Part shown: positions 1 to 10,259 of the stretch, in pieces
How the letters are laid out: every line of letters starts with the position of its first letter
How positions within the stretch are numbered: position 1 is the first letter of the stretch
From: Clostridia bacterium
GTDB lineage: Bacteria > Bacillota > Clostridia > Christensenellales > Aristaeellaceae
Length of the DNA: 64,000 nucleotides
Direction: 5' to 3'
Assembly (NCBI GenBank): GCA_017509255.1
Contig: JAFWQA010000004.1
Location: forward strand, 3,049 to 67,048
Translations under genes and position numbers: made by a program
The notes under the pieces: model-generated
The model's database searches: none
Seen by the model: only the letters and a program-made list of their open reading frames with translations
Told to the model about the DNA's origin: nothing

Positions 1-118
1 GCGCTTCGGAGGGTTTCCGGACAGTCGCGATCACCTGATCGCCGTGCTCCAGATAACGTTTCGCGAGGTTGAATCCGAGGCCGAGCTTACGGCCGGTACC
101 GGTCACCATTACGTACAC
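1..118 (-). CDS. SDR-family oxidoreductase, 5' part only (runs off the window edge)
   Basis: GGAGG RBS then GTG at 118. Translation (M)YVMVTGTGRKLGLGFNLAKRYLEHGDQVIATVRKPSEA is an SDR-type Rossmann N-terminus. Not in the ORF track. Confidence 0.75.
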   Translation of the reverse strand, partial: MYVMVTGTGRKLGLGFNLAKRYLEHGDQVIATVRKPSEA

Positions 119-162
119 TGCGCATACCTCCTTTTCTGATCCCTGTCAGCGCGCCTGCCCCC

Positions 163-2706
163 TTACCCGAGGAACTCGTAGCCGGCATCGGTGACCGCTT
201 TGCCGATCACTTCGGCCGGGACGTCCTTCGTCAGCTCAAGCACCGCGCAGCCGTTCTCATGGCTCGGGGCCGCGCTCTGCACGCCGTCGACCGCCTCCAG
301 CGCCTTTTTGACGGCCGCTTCACAGTGGGGGCACATCATTCCCTTGATCTTTACCGTTTTTGTCATGGTTTTTTCCTCCCGGATCATTTGGTTGATATCT
401 TCCACCGCCGCGCGGAACTCCTTCTCCTCCACAGGCCTGCCGGGCCTGTCCCGGGAAGCGTCATGAAGCTTAAAGAAGTTCAGGCGCAGCGCGTTGGATA
501 CGACAAAGAAGCTGGACAGGCTCATGGCAGCGGCGCCGAACATCGGGCTGAGCTGCCAGCCGAAGAGCGGATACCACACCCCGGCCGCCAGCGGGATGCC
601 GATCACATTATAGAAAAACGCCCAGAAAAGGTTGCCGTGGATGTTCCTGAGCGTGGCGCGGCTCAGCCTGACGGCTGCCGCCACGTCGCTCACGTTGCTC
701 TTCATGACGACCACGTCCGCCGCGTCGATCGCCACGTCCGTCCCCGCGCCGACGGCGATCCCGACGTCAGAGCGGGTCAGCGCCGGCGCGTCGTTGATCC
801 CGTCGCCGACCATGACGGTCTTTCCGGCCTGCGCCAGGCGGCGGATCACGCTTTCCTTTCCGTCCGGCAGGACGCCCGCGATCACCTCATCCACCCCGGC
901 CTTCCGCGCGATGGCACGGGCGGTGCGCGCGTTGTCGCCGGTCAGCAGCACCGTACGGATGCCCATATTCCTCAGCTCCCGGATCGCCTGCGCGCTGTCC
1001 TCCCGGATCACGTCCGCCACGGCGATCATGCCCAGCAGACTGCCGTCCCGGGCAAAGAGCAGGGGCGTCTTCCCCTCCTCGGAAAGCTGTTCCGCCCTGC
1101 GGGTCAAAGCCTCCGGGACCGGAAGCCGGGACTGCGTATAGCTGAGGCTTCCGCCCAGCAGGACCGCTCCGCCCAGCCTTGCCGTCAGCCCGTTTCCGGG
1201 CAGCGCGGCAAAGTCCGTGACCTCCTCCGGCGTCATGCCCTTTCCGGACGCGTAATCGTTGACCGCCCTGGCCAGCGGGTGCTCGGACTTGCTTTCCAGC
1301 GCGTACGCGGCGCTGAGGAGCTCCTGCTCGGGAACGTCCCCCGCCGGGACGATATCCGTCACCTTCGGCTCGCCGCGGGTGACCGTGCCCGTTTTATCCA
1401 GCGCCGCGATCTGCGCCTTGCCCGTCTCCTCAAGTGAGACGGCCGTCTTGAAAAGGATCCCGTTTTTCGCGCCCATGCCGCTGCCGACCATGATGGCCAC
1501 GGGGGTCGCCAGCCCCAGCGCGCAGGGACAGGAAATGACCAGCACGGAAATGCCGCGCGCCAGCGCGAAGGCCGCCGTCTGCCCGCAGAGCAGCCAGACG
1601 GCCGTTGTCAGCAGCGCGATCCCCAGCACGACCGGGACAAAGATGCCGGACACCCTGTCGGCGACCTTGGCGATGGGCGCCTTGGTAGCCGCCGCGTCCG
1701 AGACCATGCGGATGATCTGGGCCAGGGTCGTATCCTCCCCGACCCTTGTCGCTCGACAGACCAGGTAGCCGGAACGGTTGACCGTTGCTGCGGAAACAGC
1801 GTCGCCCTCCGCCTTGTCCACCGGGATGCTCTCCCCGGTCAGCGCGGACTCATCCACCGAACCGCTGCCGCTGACGACCGTCCCGTCCGTCGGGATATTC
1901 GCGCCGGGCCGCACCGCAAAGAGATCCCCGGCGCGGACCTGCTCCACCGGCACCGTCATCTCCTGCCCGTCCCGCAGCAGGACGGCCGTCTTCGGCGCGA
2001 GCTTCATCAGGCTTTTGAGCGCGTCGGTCGTGCGGCCCTTGGACCGCGCCTCCAGCATTTTGCCGACCGTGATCAGAGTCAGGATCATCGCGGCGGATTC
2101 AAAATAGAGCTGGTGCAGGTATCCGTGCGCCGCTTCCATATCCCCCCGGTGGACCGCGCCGGTCATCGCGAAGAGGACGGCCGCGCTCCACAGAAAGGAA
2201 ACGCCGGAGCCCATGGCCACCAGCGTATCCATGTTCGGCGCCTTACGCAGCAGGCTTCTGAAGCCGGAAATGAAGAATTTCTGGTTGATGACCATCACGA
2301 CCGCCGCCAGCAGCAGCTGCGCCAGGCCCATCGCCACCGGGTTTTCCAGAAAAGGAGGCAGCGGGAAGCCTGCCATCGTATGCCCCATGGAAATATACAT
2401 CAGAAGCAGCAGAAAGCCGAGGGAAGCCAGAAGGCGCCGCTTCAGCCCCGGCGTCTCCGTATCCTTCAGCTCTTCCTCCGCGTCTGCCGCTGCCCGCGCT
2501 GCCTTAGCGCCCTTCAGGGAGGCGCCGTAGCCGGCCTTTTCCACCGCGGCGATCACCGCCTGCGGGGAAGCCGTGCCCTCCACGCCCATGGAATTGGTCA
2601 GCAGGCTGACCGAGCAGGACGTGACGCCCTCGACGCCGCTGACCGCTTTTTCCACACGCGCGCTGCATGCCGCGCAGCTCATACCCGTTACACTGTACTG
2701 TTCCAT
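163..2706 (-). CDS. copA: Cu(I)-translocating P1B-type ATPase with N- and C-terminal HMA domains
   Basis: N-terminal GMSCAAC, then [26 protein letters not shown] and MSLSS motifs, and a C-terminal GMMCPHC. Start placed at MEQYSV. Confidence 0.95.
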   Translation of the reverse strand: MEQYSVTGMSCAACSARVEKAVSGVEGVTSCSVSLLTNSMGVEGTASPQAVIAAVEKAGYGASLKGAKAARAAADAEEELKDTETPGLKRRLLASLGFLLLLMYISMGHTMAGFPLPPFLENPVAMGLAQLLLAAVVMVINQKFFISGFRSLLRKAPNMDTLVAMGSGVSFLWSAAVLFAMTGAVHRGDMEAAHGYLHQLYFESAAMILTLITVGKMLEARSKGRTTDALKSLMKLAPKTAVLLRDGQEMTVPVEQVRAGDLFAVRPGANIPTDGTVVSGSGSVDESALTGESIPVDKAEGDAVSAATVNRSGYLVCRATRVGEDTTLAQIIRMVSDAAATKAPIAKVADRVSGIFVPVVLGIALLTTAVWLLCGQTAAFALARGISVLVISCPCALGLATPVAIMVGSGMGAKNGILFKTAVSLEETGKAQIAALDKTGTVTRGEPKVTDIVPAGDVPEQELLSAAYALESKSEHPLARAVNDYASGKGMTPEEVTDFAALPGNGLTARLGGAVLLGGSLSYTQSRLPVPEALTRRAEQLSEEGKTPLLFARDGSLLGMIAVADVIREDSAQAIRELRNMGIRTVLLTGDNARTARAIARKAGVDEVIAGVLPDGKESVIRRLAQAGKTVMVGDGINDAPALTRSDVGIAVGAGTDVAIDAADVVVMKSNVSDVAAAVRLSRATLRNIHGNLFWAFFYNVIGIPLAAGVWYPLFGWQLSPMFGAAAMSLSSFFVVSNALRLNFFKLHDASRDRPGRPVEEKEFRAAVEDINQMIREEKTMTKTVKIKGMMCPHCEAAVKKALEAVDGVQSAAPSHENGCAVLELTKDVPAEVIGKAVTDAGYEFLG

Positions 2707-2744
2707 GACTGTCCTCTGTTTCAAGCAATCGTTTGCCTGTTTCT

Positions 2745-2774
2745 ATTTTAACATATCCGGCTTCGGGATATCAA
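2745..2774 (-). promoter_or_regulatory. Putative copA promoter (TTGATA-N18-TAAAAT) with dyad ATATCC-N7-GGATAT
   Basis: Hexamers read on the minus strand at 2769-2774 and 2745-2750; dyad at 2753-2771. Confidence 0.5.
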
Positions 2775-2793
2775 CAGCAACCCGCCGGCCCGT

Positions 2794-2822
2794 TTGACGG
2801 AAAGCAGCGAAAAGCATATAAT
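2794..2822 (+). promoter_or_regulatory. Sigma-A-type promoter of trkH-trkA
   Basis: TTGACG-N17-TATAAT. Confidence 0.7.
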
Positions 2823-2861
2823 AACCTCGTTGTTTTGGAAAAAAGAAAGGAAGGAAAACGC

Positions 2862-4214
2862 ATGCAGAAAACAGCGGCCAAACACAGGCTCAGCCCGAGC
2901 CGCCTGATCGCGCTGGCGTTCCTCGCGATCATTCTGCTCGGCACCCTGCTGCTGATGCTGCCGGCCGCCTCCCGGGACGGAAAGCCCTGTCCCTTCCTGA
3001 ACGCGCTGTTCACCGCCGCCTCCGCCACCTGCGTGACCGGGCTGACGCCCTTTGATACCTATACCCAGTGGAGCGCCATGGGGCAGACGGTGCTTCTCTG
3101 CCTGATCCAGACCGGCGGCCTCGGCTTCATGAGCATGGCCAGCCTGCTGTTCTTCCTGATCCGCTCCCGGGTGGGCATGATGGGTCAGATGGTGATGGCA
3201 CAGAGTCTGGGACAGGAGGACATGCATGATATCGTAAATCTGCAGAAGTGGATGCTGAAATACTGCGTGATCTTCGAAGCCGCCGGAGCCGCCGCGCTGA
3301 CGGCGCGCTTCTGCACCGAGTTTCCTTTTGCCCAGGCGCTGAAGCTGGGCGTGTTCCACTCCGTGAGCGCCTTCTGCAACGCCGGCTTCGATATTCTGGG
3401 CTTCCTGAGCCCCGGCGCGAGCGTTTCCGTTTACGGCCGGGACCCGGTGATCCTGCTGACGCTGAGCGTGCTGATCGTGCTGGGCGGCCTGGGCTTTATC
3501 GTCTGGCATGAGGTGGCTCAGTACCGTTCCTTCCGGAAGCTGTCGGTCTACAGCCGGCTGGTGCTGGTGGCCACGGCCTCCCTGCTGCTGGGCGGCACCG
3601 CCGCCATCGCTCTGTGCGAATGGAACAATCCCGGCACGCTGGGAAACATGAGCTTCGGGGAAAAGCTGCTGGGAAGCTTTTTCCAGTCCGTTACGCTCCG
3701 GACCGCGGGATTCGCGGGCATCGATCAGGCGGCGCTGACTGAGGCAGGCAAGTCCGTATCCATGTTTTTGATGCTGATCGGCGGCTCCAGCGGCTCCACC
3801 GCCGGCGGCCTGAAAACCGTGACCCTGGTCGTGATCGTGCTGTTCCTGTGGAGCCGCCTGCGCGGCCGGGCCAACACGGTGGTCTATCACCGGACCGTCG
3901 GCCTGACCTCCGTGCTCAACGCGCTGACGATCTGCGGCATGATGATCGGGCTGGCCTTCTTCGGCGCCGGCATCATCGCCTATACCTCCCCCCTGAGCCT
4001 GACGGAATCCCTGTTTGAAACGGTCTCCGCCATAGCGACGGTGGGCCTTTCCTGCAACGCGACAGCGAGGCTGTCCGTGGCCGGAAAGCTGATCATCATT
4101 CTGTTTATGTACTTTGGCCGCGTGGGCGTGCTGACCATCAGCATGGGCTTCCTGAAGGGAGACCGGCCGGAGCCCCGCATCCGCTACGCCGATACCACTT
4201 TACTGATCGGATAA
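2862..4214 (+). CDS. trkH: TrkH/KtrB potassium uptake membrane protein
   Basis: SATCVTGL, SAFCNAGF, TLRTAGF, IGGSSGSTAGGLK and SAIATVGLS pore-loop motifs; AAGGAAGGA RBS before ATG 2862. Confidence 0.92.
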   Translation: MQKTAAKHRLSPSRLIALAFLAIILLGTLLLMLPAASRDGKPCPFLNALFTAASATCVTGLTPFDTYTQWSAMGQTVLLCLIQTGGLGFMSMASLLFFLIRSRVGMMGQMVMAQSLGQEDMHDIVNLQKWMLKYCVIFEAAGAAALTARFCTEFPFAQALKLGVFHSVSAFCNAGFDILGFLSPGASVSVYGRDPVILLTLSVLIVLGGLGFIVWHEVAQYRSFRKLSVYSRLVLVATASLLLGGTAAIALCEWNNPGTLGNMSFGEKLLGSFFQSVTLRTAGFAGIDQAALTEAGKSVSMFLMLIGGSSGSTAGGLKTVTLVVIVLFLWSRLRGRANTVVYHRTVGLTSVLNALTICGMMIGLAFFGAGIIAYTSPLSLTESLFETVSAIATVGLSCNATARLSVAGKLIIILFMYFGRVGVLTISMGFLKGDRPEPRIRYADTTLLIG

Positions 4215-4227
4215 GGAGAGAGAAAAG

Positions 4228-4878
4228 ATGAAGAGCTTCGCTGTATTGGGACTGGGCCGTTTCGGCAAGGAAATGGCGCTGCAGCTTGCCCGGGGCGGCG
4301 CGGACGTGCTCGCCGTGGACCGGGAGAGAAAAAACGTGGATGAGGTGGCGGATGAGGTGACGCGCGCCGTGACCGCCAATATCCGGGACAAGGACGTCCT
4401 GCAGGAGCTGGGCGTCGCCGAATGCGACGAGGTCATCCTGGCCGTCGGCACCGACCTGGCCGCCAGCGTACTCGCCGTGATGAACCTGAAGGCCATCGGC
4501 GTGAAGCATCTGACCTGCAAGGCCTTTGACGAGGTGCACCGGGACGTGCTGCTGAAGCTGGGCGCCGACGAGGTGCTGATCCCCGAGCAGGAATTTGCCG
4601 CCAAGCTGGCCGCGCAGAAGATCTCCCCCCGCATGCGGGACTACCTGCAGCTGTCCGACGACTTTATGATCGAAGAGGTCAGCGTGCCGGAAAGCTGGAA
4701 CGGAAAAACCATCGGCGAGCTGCAGATCCGCAACCGTTACGGCGTGACCGTGATCGCGCTCCGCCACGGGGAAAGCGTGATCGCGTCCCCCCGGGCGACG
4801 GATGAGATCCGGCCCGGAGACATCCTGCTGCTGCTGGGCGACAGAAAATCCCTGGACTCCGTGCGGAAGGTCAGATAA
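4228..4878 (+). CDS. trkA: TrkA/KtrA potassium uptake regulatory subunit (RCK_N + RCK_C)
   Basis: VLGLGRFG Rossmann motif; C-terminal GKTIGELQIRNRYGVTVIAL; directly follows trkH. Confidence 0.92.
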   Translation: MKSFAVLGLGRFGKEMALQLARGGADVLAVDRERKNVDEVADEVTRAVTANIRDKDVLQELGVAECDEVILAVGTDLAASVLAVMNLKAIGVKHLTCKAFDEVHRDVLLKLGADEVLIPEQEFAAKLAAQKISPRMRDYLQLSDDFMIEEVSVPESWNGKTIGELQIRNRYGVTVIALRHGESVIASPRATDEIRPGDILLLLGDRKSLDSVRKVR

Positions 4879-4968
4879 AACGCAAAAGAAAAACCCGCTT
4901 GAAAAAGCAAGGCATATCGCTATAATAAAGGCAGAAGCCGCAAAACTATATAACAAGGAGGAACGGAA

Positions 4969-6504
4969 ATGCAATCAGCCGTATCCGAAAAGAAAAAGCG
5001 CTTTACCAAAAAAGAGTGGAGCTGGATCATGTATGACTGGGCCAACTCCATCTACGCCACCAACATTATGGCCGCCATTTTCCCGACCGTGTTTGTTTCC
5101 ATCGCGGGCGAGGCGGGCGATATCTGGTGGGGCTACGGCACCTCCATTGCCACGTTCCTGGTCGCCGTCCTCGCGCCGATCCTCGGCGCCGTGGCCGACT
5201 ACAAGGGCATGAAAAAGAAGCTGTTCACGGTCTTCATGCTCACCGGCGTCATCGCCACCTTCCTGATCGCGCTGGTCATGAACAACTGGCGGCTGATGCT
5301 GATCGGCTACATCCTCAGCCGGATCGGTTTTTCCGGTTCCTGCCTGTTCTATGACTCGTTCCTGACCGACGTGACCACGGATGAGCGCATGGACAAGGTC
5401 TCCTCCTGGGGCTACGCCATGGGCTATATCGGCGGCAGCACGATCCCCTTCGTGATCTCCATCGTCATGCTGCTTCTGCTGGGCTATTCCAACCCGATCG
5501 CCCAGAAGTTTTCCATCATCATCGTCAGCGTCTGGTGGCTGGTGTTCTCCCTGCCCTTCCTGAAGAATGTGGAGCAGGAGCATTACATCGAGCGCACCGG
5601 GCACACCTCCGTCGGGCAGATCTTCCGCAACATCGGCCATACCGCGAAGGATATTTTCCGGCGCAAGGGCCTCTTCCTCTTCGTGCTGGCTTACTTCTTC
5701 TACATTGACGGAGTGGGCACGATCATTTCCATTTCCACCGCCTACGGCACCGTGCTCGGGCTCGGCACCGTCGGCATGATCCTGGCCCTGCTGGTAACCC
5801 AGATCGTGGCCATGCCCTGCTCCATCCTCTTTGCCAACCTGGCAGCAAAGATCACCGCGCGCAAGGCGCTGATCATCGCCATCATCATTTACACGCTGAT
5901 CTGCGTGGTCGGCTTCTACATGGGCTTCTCCCTGGAGCCGCACCAGGACGCCTATCAGACGGCGCTGAATGAAGACTATACCGAAAAGCTTTCCGACCTG
6001 ACGGAGGAAAAGGCGATCGCCCTGCGGGACGACGCCTCCGCCTTCTTCACGGACGCGGACCCGCAGAAAAAGCTGGATGAAGCGCTCGCCAGGCTGACGG
6101 AAGAGGAGAAGGCCTCCCCTGAGATCGAAAGGGTCGTGACCGCCTTCGCCGGCTTCACCGAGGGCCGGGCCGATGAGATCGGAGCCTTCCGGAAGGCCGT
6201 ATCCTTCTCCACGATCCTCTTCTGGGCGATGGCCACGCTGGTCGGCACGGTGCAGGGCGGCATCCAGGCCGTGTCCCGCAGCTATTTCGGCAAGCTGATC
6301 CCCAAGGAGCGGAGCAACGAATACTACGGCTTCTTCGATATCTTCGGAAAGTTCGCTTCCGTGCTCGGGCCGTTCCTGTACGCCCTGATCGGCACCTGGA
6401 CCGGACGCAGCAGCTACGGCGTGCTTGCGCTGATCACGCTGTTCCTGATCGGCCTGTTCATCATGGTCTGCGGCAAAAAGGATCTGGAGGCGCTGGAGCA
6501 CTGA
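4969..6504 (+). CDS. MFS transporter, UMF1/Atg22-like family
   Basis: SWIMYDWANS, YDSFL, GYAMGYIGG and SRSYF...GFFDIFGKF motifs; multiple TM helices. Confidence 0.85.
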   Translation: MQSAVSEKKKRFTKKEWSWIMYDWANSIYATNIMAAIFPTVFVSIAGEAGDIWWGYGTSIATFLVAVLAPILGAVADYKGMKKKLFTVFMLTGVIATFLIALVMNNWRLMLIGYILSRIGFSGSCLFYDSFLTDVTTDERMDKVSSWGYAMGYIGGSTIPFVISIVMLLLLGYSNPIAQKFSIIIVSVWWLVFSLPFLKNVEQEHYIERTGHTSVGQIFRNIGHTAKDIFRRKGLFLFVLAYFFYIDGVGTIISISTAYGTVLGLGTVGMILALLVTQIVAMPCSILFANLAAKITARKALIIAIIIYTLICVVGFYMGFSLEPHQDAYQTALNEDYTEKLSDLTEEKAIALRDDASAFFTDADPQKKLDEALARLTEEEKASPEIERVVTAFAGFTEGRADEIGAFRKAVSFSTILFWAMATLVGTVQGGIQAVSRSYFGKLIPKERSNEYYGFFDIFGKFASVLGPFLYALIGTWTGRSSYGVLALITLFLIGLFIMVCGKKDLEALEH

Positions 6505-6520
6505 TCCTCTTTCCTCCGGC

Positions 6521-6560
6521 AAAGAAAATCTCCCGGGCTTATAAGCCCGGGAGTTTCTTT
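6521..6560. terminator. Bidirectional intrinsic terminator
   Basis: CTCCCGGGCTT-AT-AAGCCCGGGAG hairpin flanked by A-rich and T-rich tracts, between convergent genes. Confidence 0.8.
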
Positions 6561-6569
6561 GTTTTCCCT

Positions 6570-7349
6570 TCATTCCGTATCGCAGCCGTAAACCTCCCAT
6601 TCCGTCAGCGCCGGGAAGGCGGACGGATCGTTGCTTTTTTTCATTCTTTCGAGCCGGATCCAGCGGACGGTATGCTCCCCGAGGGGAATGAACTGCCTGT
6701 CCCCGGTCTTCTCCAGCGGGAAGGCGCACTCCGTGCCGTCAGAGAGCACCGCGTGGCCGAAGACCCAGTACGCGTCGTGGGGAAAGTCCGCCCGCAGCGT
6801 CAGGGCCATCCGGTCCACCCGGACTTCCCGGCCGAAGTCCAGCAGGCACCAGGCGTCCTCCCGGGCGCCGATCCCCCAGCTCTGAAAGGGCCATTCCCCG
6901 TGAAAGGTGTTATAGCGCAGGCCGTCGATCACGTTGCGGGCGCAGAAGCACGCCTCGTTCCGCGTTTCCACATTGGCCGAGCAGTGAGGATAGAAATCCG
7001 TGCCCCCGCGCAGATCCGCCGGATTGCAGGCGATATTCCTCCGGCCGAGGACCTCCCGCTCCGTCATCAGGCGGGCGGAAATGATGTGGCGCTCCGCCTC
7101 AAAGGCGCCCGGCGCGTAGGCCAGCCGATGCTCGCCGAAGGGCACCGTCCAGGTCATCTTTTCCGCCGGCAGATAAACCTCCCCCGGCTGCAGGGCCTGG
7201 TCCGGCTGTATCCACAGATGCCTTCCGCCCGAAAACACGATCCGGTCGCCCTCCCGGTAGACCCGGTCCGCGCAGAGCAGCGCCTCCGTCGGATGGCTGA
7301 CCGAAAAAAGCGTTTCCCCCTTCGCGCTGATGACCTCGATCGAAACCAT
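6570..7349 (-). CDS. Carbohydrate-binding protein with a C-terminal discoidin/F5-8-like fold
   Basis: ARNVIDG...W...LDFGREVRVDR...LTEWEVYG pattern; AGGAGAGG RBS; last gene of the glycan operon. Confidence 0.65.
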   Translation of the reverse strand: MVSIEVISAKGETLFSVSHPTEALLCADRVYREGDRIVFSGGRHLWIQPDQALQPGEVYLPAEKMTWTVPFGEHRLAYAPGAFEAERHIISARLMTEREVLGRRNIACNPADLRGGTDFYPHCSANVETRNEACFCARNVIDGLRYNTFHGEWPFQSWGIGAREDAWCLLDFGREVRVDRMALTLRADFPHDAYWVFGHAVLSDGTECAFPLEKTGDRQFIPLGEHTVRWIRLERMKKSNDPSAFPALTEWEVYGCDTE

Positions 7350-7360
7350 ATTCCCTCTCC

Positions 7361-8479
7361 TTACAGCCAAAGCATCGGATCCGTACCGGCCAGCTTGGCC
7401 AGCGCCTCCGTGAGAAAATAATCCCCGTACACGATGTTTGTATGGCAGCCCGCCCCGTCGTCCCGGTAGCTTGCCGTACACCGGGTCAGGAGCCCGCACT
7501 GGCGGTCTGTCCAGTCACAGCATTTATCCAGCAGCGCGTCCGTCAGCTTCAGCGCCGCGAGACGGTATTCCTCCCGCCCCGTTGTCTTTTCCAGCTCCAG
7601 CAGGCCGCAGGCCGCGATCGCCCCGGCCATGTTGTCAATACGGTCCGTTTCCGCCGGCTGGCAGAAATCACAGTCCGTCAGCCCATCCGGGCGGATATGC
7701 GCGATAAAGTTGCCGGCGATCCTTTCCGCCGCGTCCAGATAGCGCCTGTCCCCCGTGTTCAGCCAGGCCAGGGTAAAGCCGTACAGCCCCCATGCCTGGC
7801 CGCGGCTCCACTGGGTTCCGGGCGCGACTCCCTGTCCGCCCAGCTCCCTGACCCGCGCCCCGGTCGCCGGGTCAAACTCGATAATATGGCTGACCGAGCC
7901 GTCCGGCCGGAGGAATTCCCTCAGCGTCGTGTCCGCGTGGATCCTTGCCGCCGCCGCGAACCGCGGATCCTCCGTGCGCCGGGACGCGCGGAAAAGCAGG
8001 GAAAGGTTCATCATGCAGTCAATGATCGCCAGCCCTTTCTGATCCGGCCCGTTCCAGGCGCGGAAAAAGCCGCGGGGATTGAAGCGGCCCATCAGCAGGC
8101 TGGCCGCGTGGAGCGTGTCGACGCCCGCCTGCGCGTTTCCGGTCAGCTTTTCGTCCGCCCCGCAGGACAGGAGATACATGAAGCCCACGTCATGGTTCAG
8201 CGCCGTAAACCGGCGGAACTCCTCCGTCAGGATCGCTTCCGTCCTCCGGGCTTCCGCAAGGAAGAATTCATCCCCGCCGAAGACATAGAACTGCCACATC
8301 AGCCCCGGCCAGAATCCACCCGTCCACCAGCCGTTTCCGTCAAAGGGGGATTCCTGCCAGCATCCGTCCCCGCTTTTGTAGGGGAGGATCCCCGCTGCCG
8401 CCGCGGCTGCCGCCGAGCGTCTGTATTTTTCCTCCGCTTTTTTCAGCGCACTCTTATAACGATCCAGCAAGCCTGACAA
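7361..8479 (-). CDS. Glycoside hydrolase family 88, unsaturated glucuronyl hydrolase
   Basis: WTGGFWPG, NHDVGF, IIDCMMN and WSRGQAW motifs, including both catalytic-region aspartates. Confidence 0.9.
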   Translation of the reverse strand: MSGLLDRYKSALKKAEEKYRRSAAAAAAAGILPYKSGDGCWQESPFDGNGWWTGGFWPGLMWQFYVFGGDEFFLAEARRTEAILTEEFRRFTALNHDVGFMYLLSCGADEKLTGNAQAGVDTLHAASLLMGRFNPRGFFRAWNGPDQKGLAIIDCMMNLSLLFRASRRTEDPRFAAAARIHADTTLREFLRPDGSVSHIIEFDPATGARVRELGGQGVAPGTQWSRGQAWGLYGFTLAWLNTGDRRYLDAAERIAGNFIAHIRPDGLTDCDFCQPAETDRIDNMAGAIAACGLLELEKTTGREEYRLAALKLTDALLDKCCDWTDRQCGLLTRCTASYRDDGAGCHTNIVYGDYFLTEALAKLAGTDPMLWL

Positions 8480-10259
8480 CCTCCTCCGGCACGTTTTCCG
8501 GGCAAAGCTCCCCGTCGTCCGCGAAAACCGCGCACAGCAGGACAGTCTCCCCGGGCAGGATCCGCGCGTGCAGCGTCGGCAGCACGCAGCGCGGATACAT
8601 CAGATTGGTATTGGGTTCGGTATGGATGACCTCACCGCTTTCATATCCCTTCAGGGCAAAGACAGCCGAGGTGCCGTAAGCCCCGGAAGCCGAAGCGAAG
8701 CCGCTGCCGGCCTTCAGGACGGAGGCCACCCGGTCGCAGGGACGCTTGCCCGCCCAGTCCTTCCGGACGGAAAACGCCCCCTCCGCCGCCTCCAGCTCAT
8801 ATTCCGTCCGGATCACATGCTTCCGGATATGCCACATGCCCAGCGGCGCGATCACGGAATCGATCCGCACGCCTTCCATGGGGCACCAGGAAAAGGAGAT
8901 CCTGTCCTCCTCCAGGGAGAAGGAATCACAGCCGCTCCTTGTATGCCAGAGATCCCTGCCCGCCCGTTTGACCGCCAGCATGGAATCGAACGCGCCCTTG
9001 ACGAGCGTGGTGGCCTCCTTGATCACGGAAAAAGCGAAGCGTGTGGAATAGGCGAATTTCTCGTACTTTTCATCCTCATGCATATGCTCCCAGGCATGGT
9101 TCCCCGCCGTGTAGGCCACCACCTGGCGGTTGTCTCCGTCCCGGGTCAGCAGCAGCCTGACCTGTTCGTCCAGGAAGCGTAGAGGCGGCATATAGGGCTT
9201 TTCCTCCGCCTGCCAGAAGGGATGGGTCTCCGGCAGCGCCAGGACAAAGAAGGTCTTCAGCGCCCAGTAGGGCGAGGCCTGCGCGTTATAGCCCTCCGCC
9301 GCGCAAAGGTTCGGATAGCCGTAGCCCACCGTCAGCGCGCCGCCCCGGTCAAACACCGGCATCGAGAGCCAGAACCGCAGGTTCCTCAGCAGGAGCCCCT
9401 TGATCTCTCCCCAGCCCAGTCCCTCCGCGGTCACGCCGGCCAGCGCCATGGCCGCCCAGAAGGACGCCTGGCAGAAGCGGTAGGTCAGGCTCCTGCCGTA
9501 GGGCAGCGCACGGCCCTGACGGTCAAACCAGCAGGCGAAGCGCGGCGCGATCAGCGCCGCCCGCTCCCGGAAGCGCGCGCAGCGTTCCGGATCCTCCGCC
9601 CCCATGGCGGCGGCATAGACCAGGCTGTAAAAATGGAAGCCCCAGAGCGTGTAATAATCCCGCTTGGTCGGATAGTCAAAGTACCAGCCGTCCCCGACAT
9701 AATGGCTCTCCATCATGTCCAGGTCCTCCCGCAGGCGGTCTGCGTCCGCGGGACAGCCGTTCTTTTTCAGGCCCATATTCACCAGGATCCGAAAAAACCG
9801 CCAGTTGTTGGCCGGCATATCATGCCGGTTGATCTGGTCCAGCCAGCGGTAAACATTTTCCCGCTCCCGGGCGGACAGCTCCCCGTAAAACCGGTCCGGC
9901 AGGAAGCACAGCCCGATGCCGATGACCGCCATCTCGACCATCCGCTGGTCGTACCGGCCGATATCGCCCCAGTATTCCGGGTCCTCCGGATCGGTCCCAT
10001 GGATCAGGCCCTGCCGCCATTCCCGCCAGAAGGGCTCCGCTTCCGGGCAGGAGCCCATCAGCATCGGGACCAGCCCCCAGAGCACACGGGACCAGCCCTC
10101 CATGCCCGCCACATCCTCCGGGTAATGCGCGGAGCCTTCTCCCACGATCATCCGGGCTTTGCCCGGCGTCAGGCAGGGCAGCAACGGCTCCGTCAGGTCC
10201 GCCGCCGCGCGGACCAGGTCCTGCCGCGTACGCAGCGGGTTATTCCGAATCGGATTCAT
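8454..10259 (-). CDS. DUF2264 domain protein (probable uronic-acid glycosidase)
   Basis: MEGWSRVLWG, DQRMVEMA, NNWRFF, YGRSLTYRF and SPYWALK motifs, which I recognise as typical of DUF2264. Confidence 0.85.
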   Translation of the reverse strand: MNPIRNNPLRTRQDLVRAAADLTEPLLPCLTPGKARMIVGEGSAHYPEDVAGMEGWSRVLWGLVPMLMGSCPEAEPFWREWRQGLIHGTDPEDPEYWGDIGRYDQRMVEMAVIGIGLCFLPDRFYGELSARERENVYRWLDQINRHDMPANNWRFFRILVNMGLKKNGCPADADRLREDLDMMESHYVGDGWYFDYPTKRDYYTLWGFHFYSLVYAAAMGAEDPERCARFRERAALIAPRFACWFDRQGRALPYGRSLTYRFCQASFWAAMALAGVTAEGLGWGEIKGLLLRNLRFWLSMPVFDRGGALTVGYGYPNLCAAEGYNAQASPYWALKTFFVLALPETHPFWQAEEKPYMPPLRFLDEQVRLLLTRDGDNRQVVAYTAGNHAWEHMHEDEKYEKFAYSTRFAFSVIKEATTLVKGAFDSMLAVKRAGRDLWHTRSGCDSFSLEEDRISFSWCPMEGVRIDSVIAPLGMWHIRKHVIRTEYELEAAEGAFSVRKDWAGKRPCDRVASVLKAGSGFASASGAYGTSAVFALKGYESGEVIHTEPNTNLMYPRCVLPTLHARILPGETVLLCAVFADDGELCPENVPEEVVRLAGSL

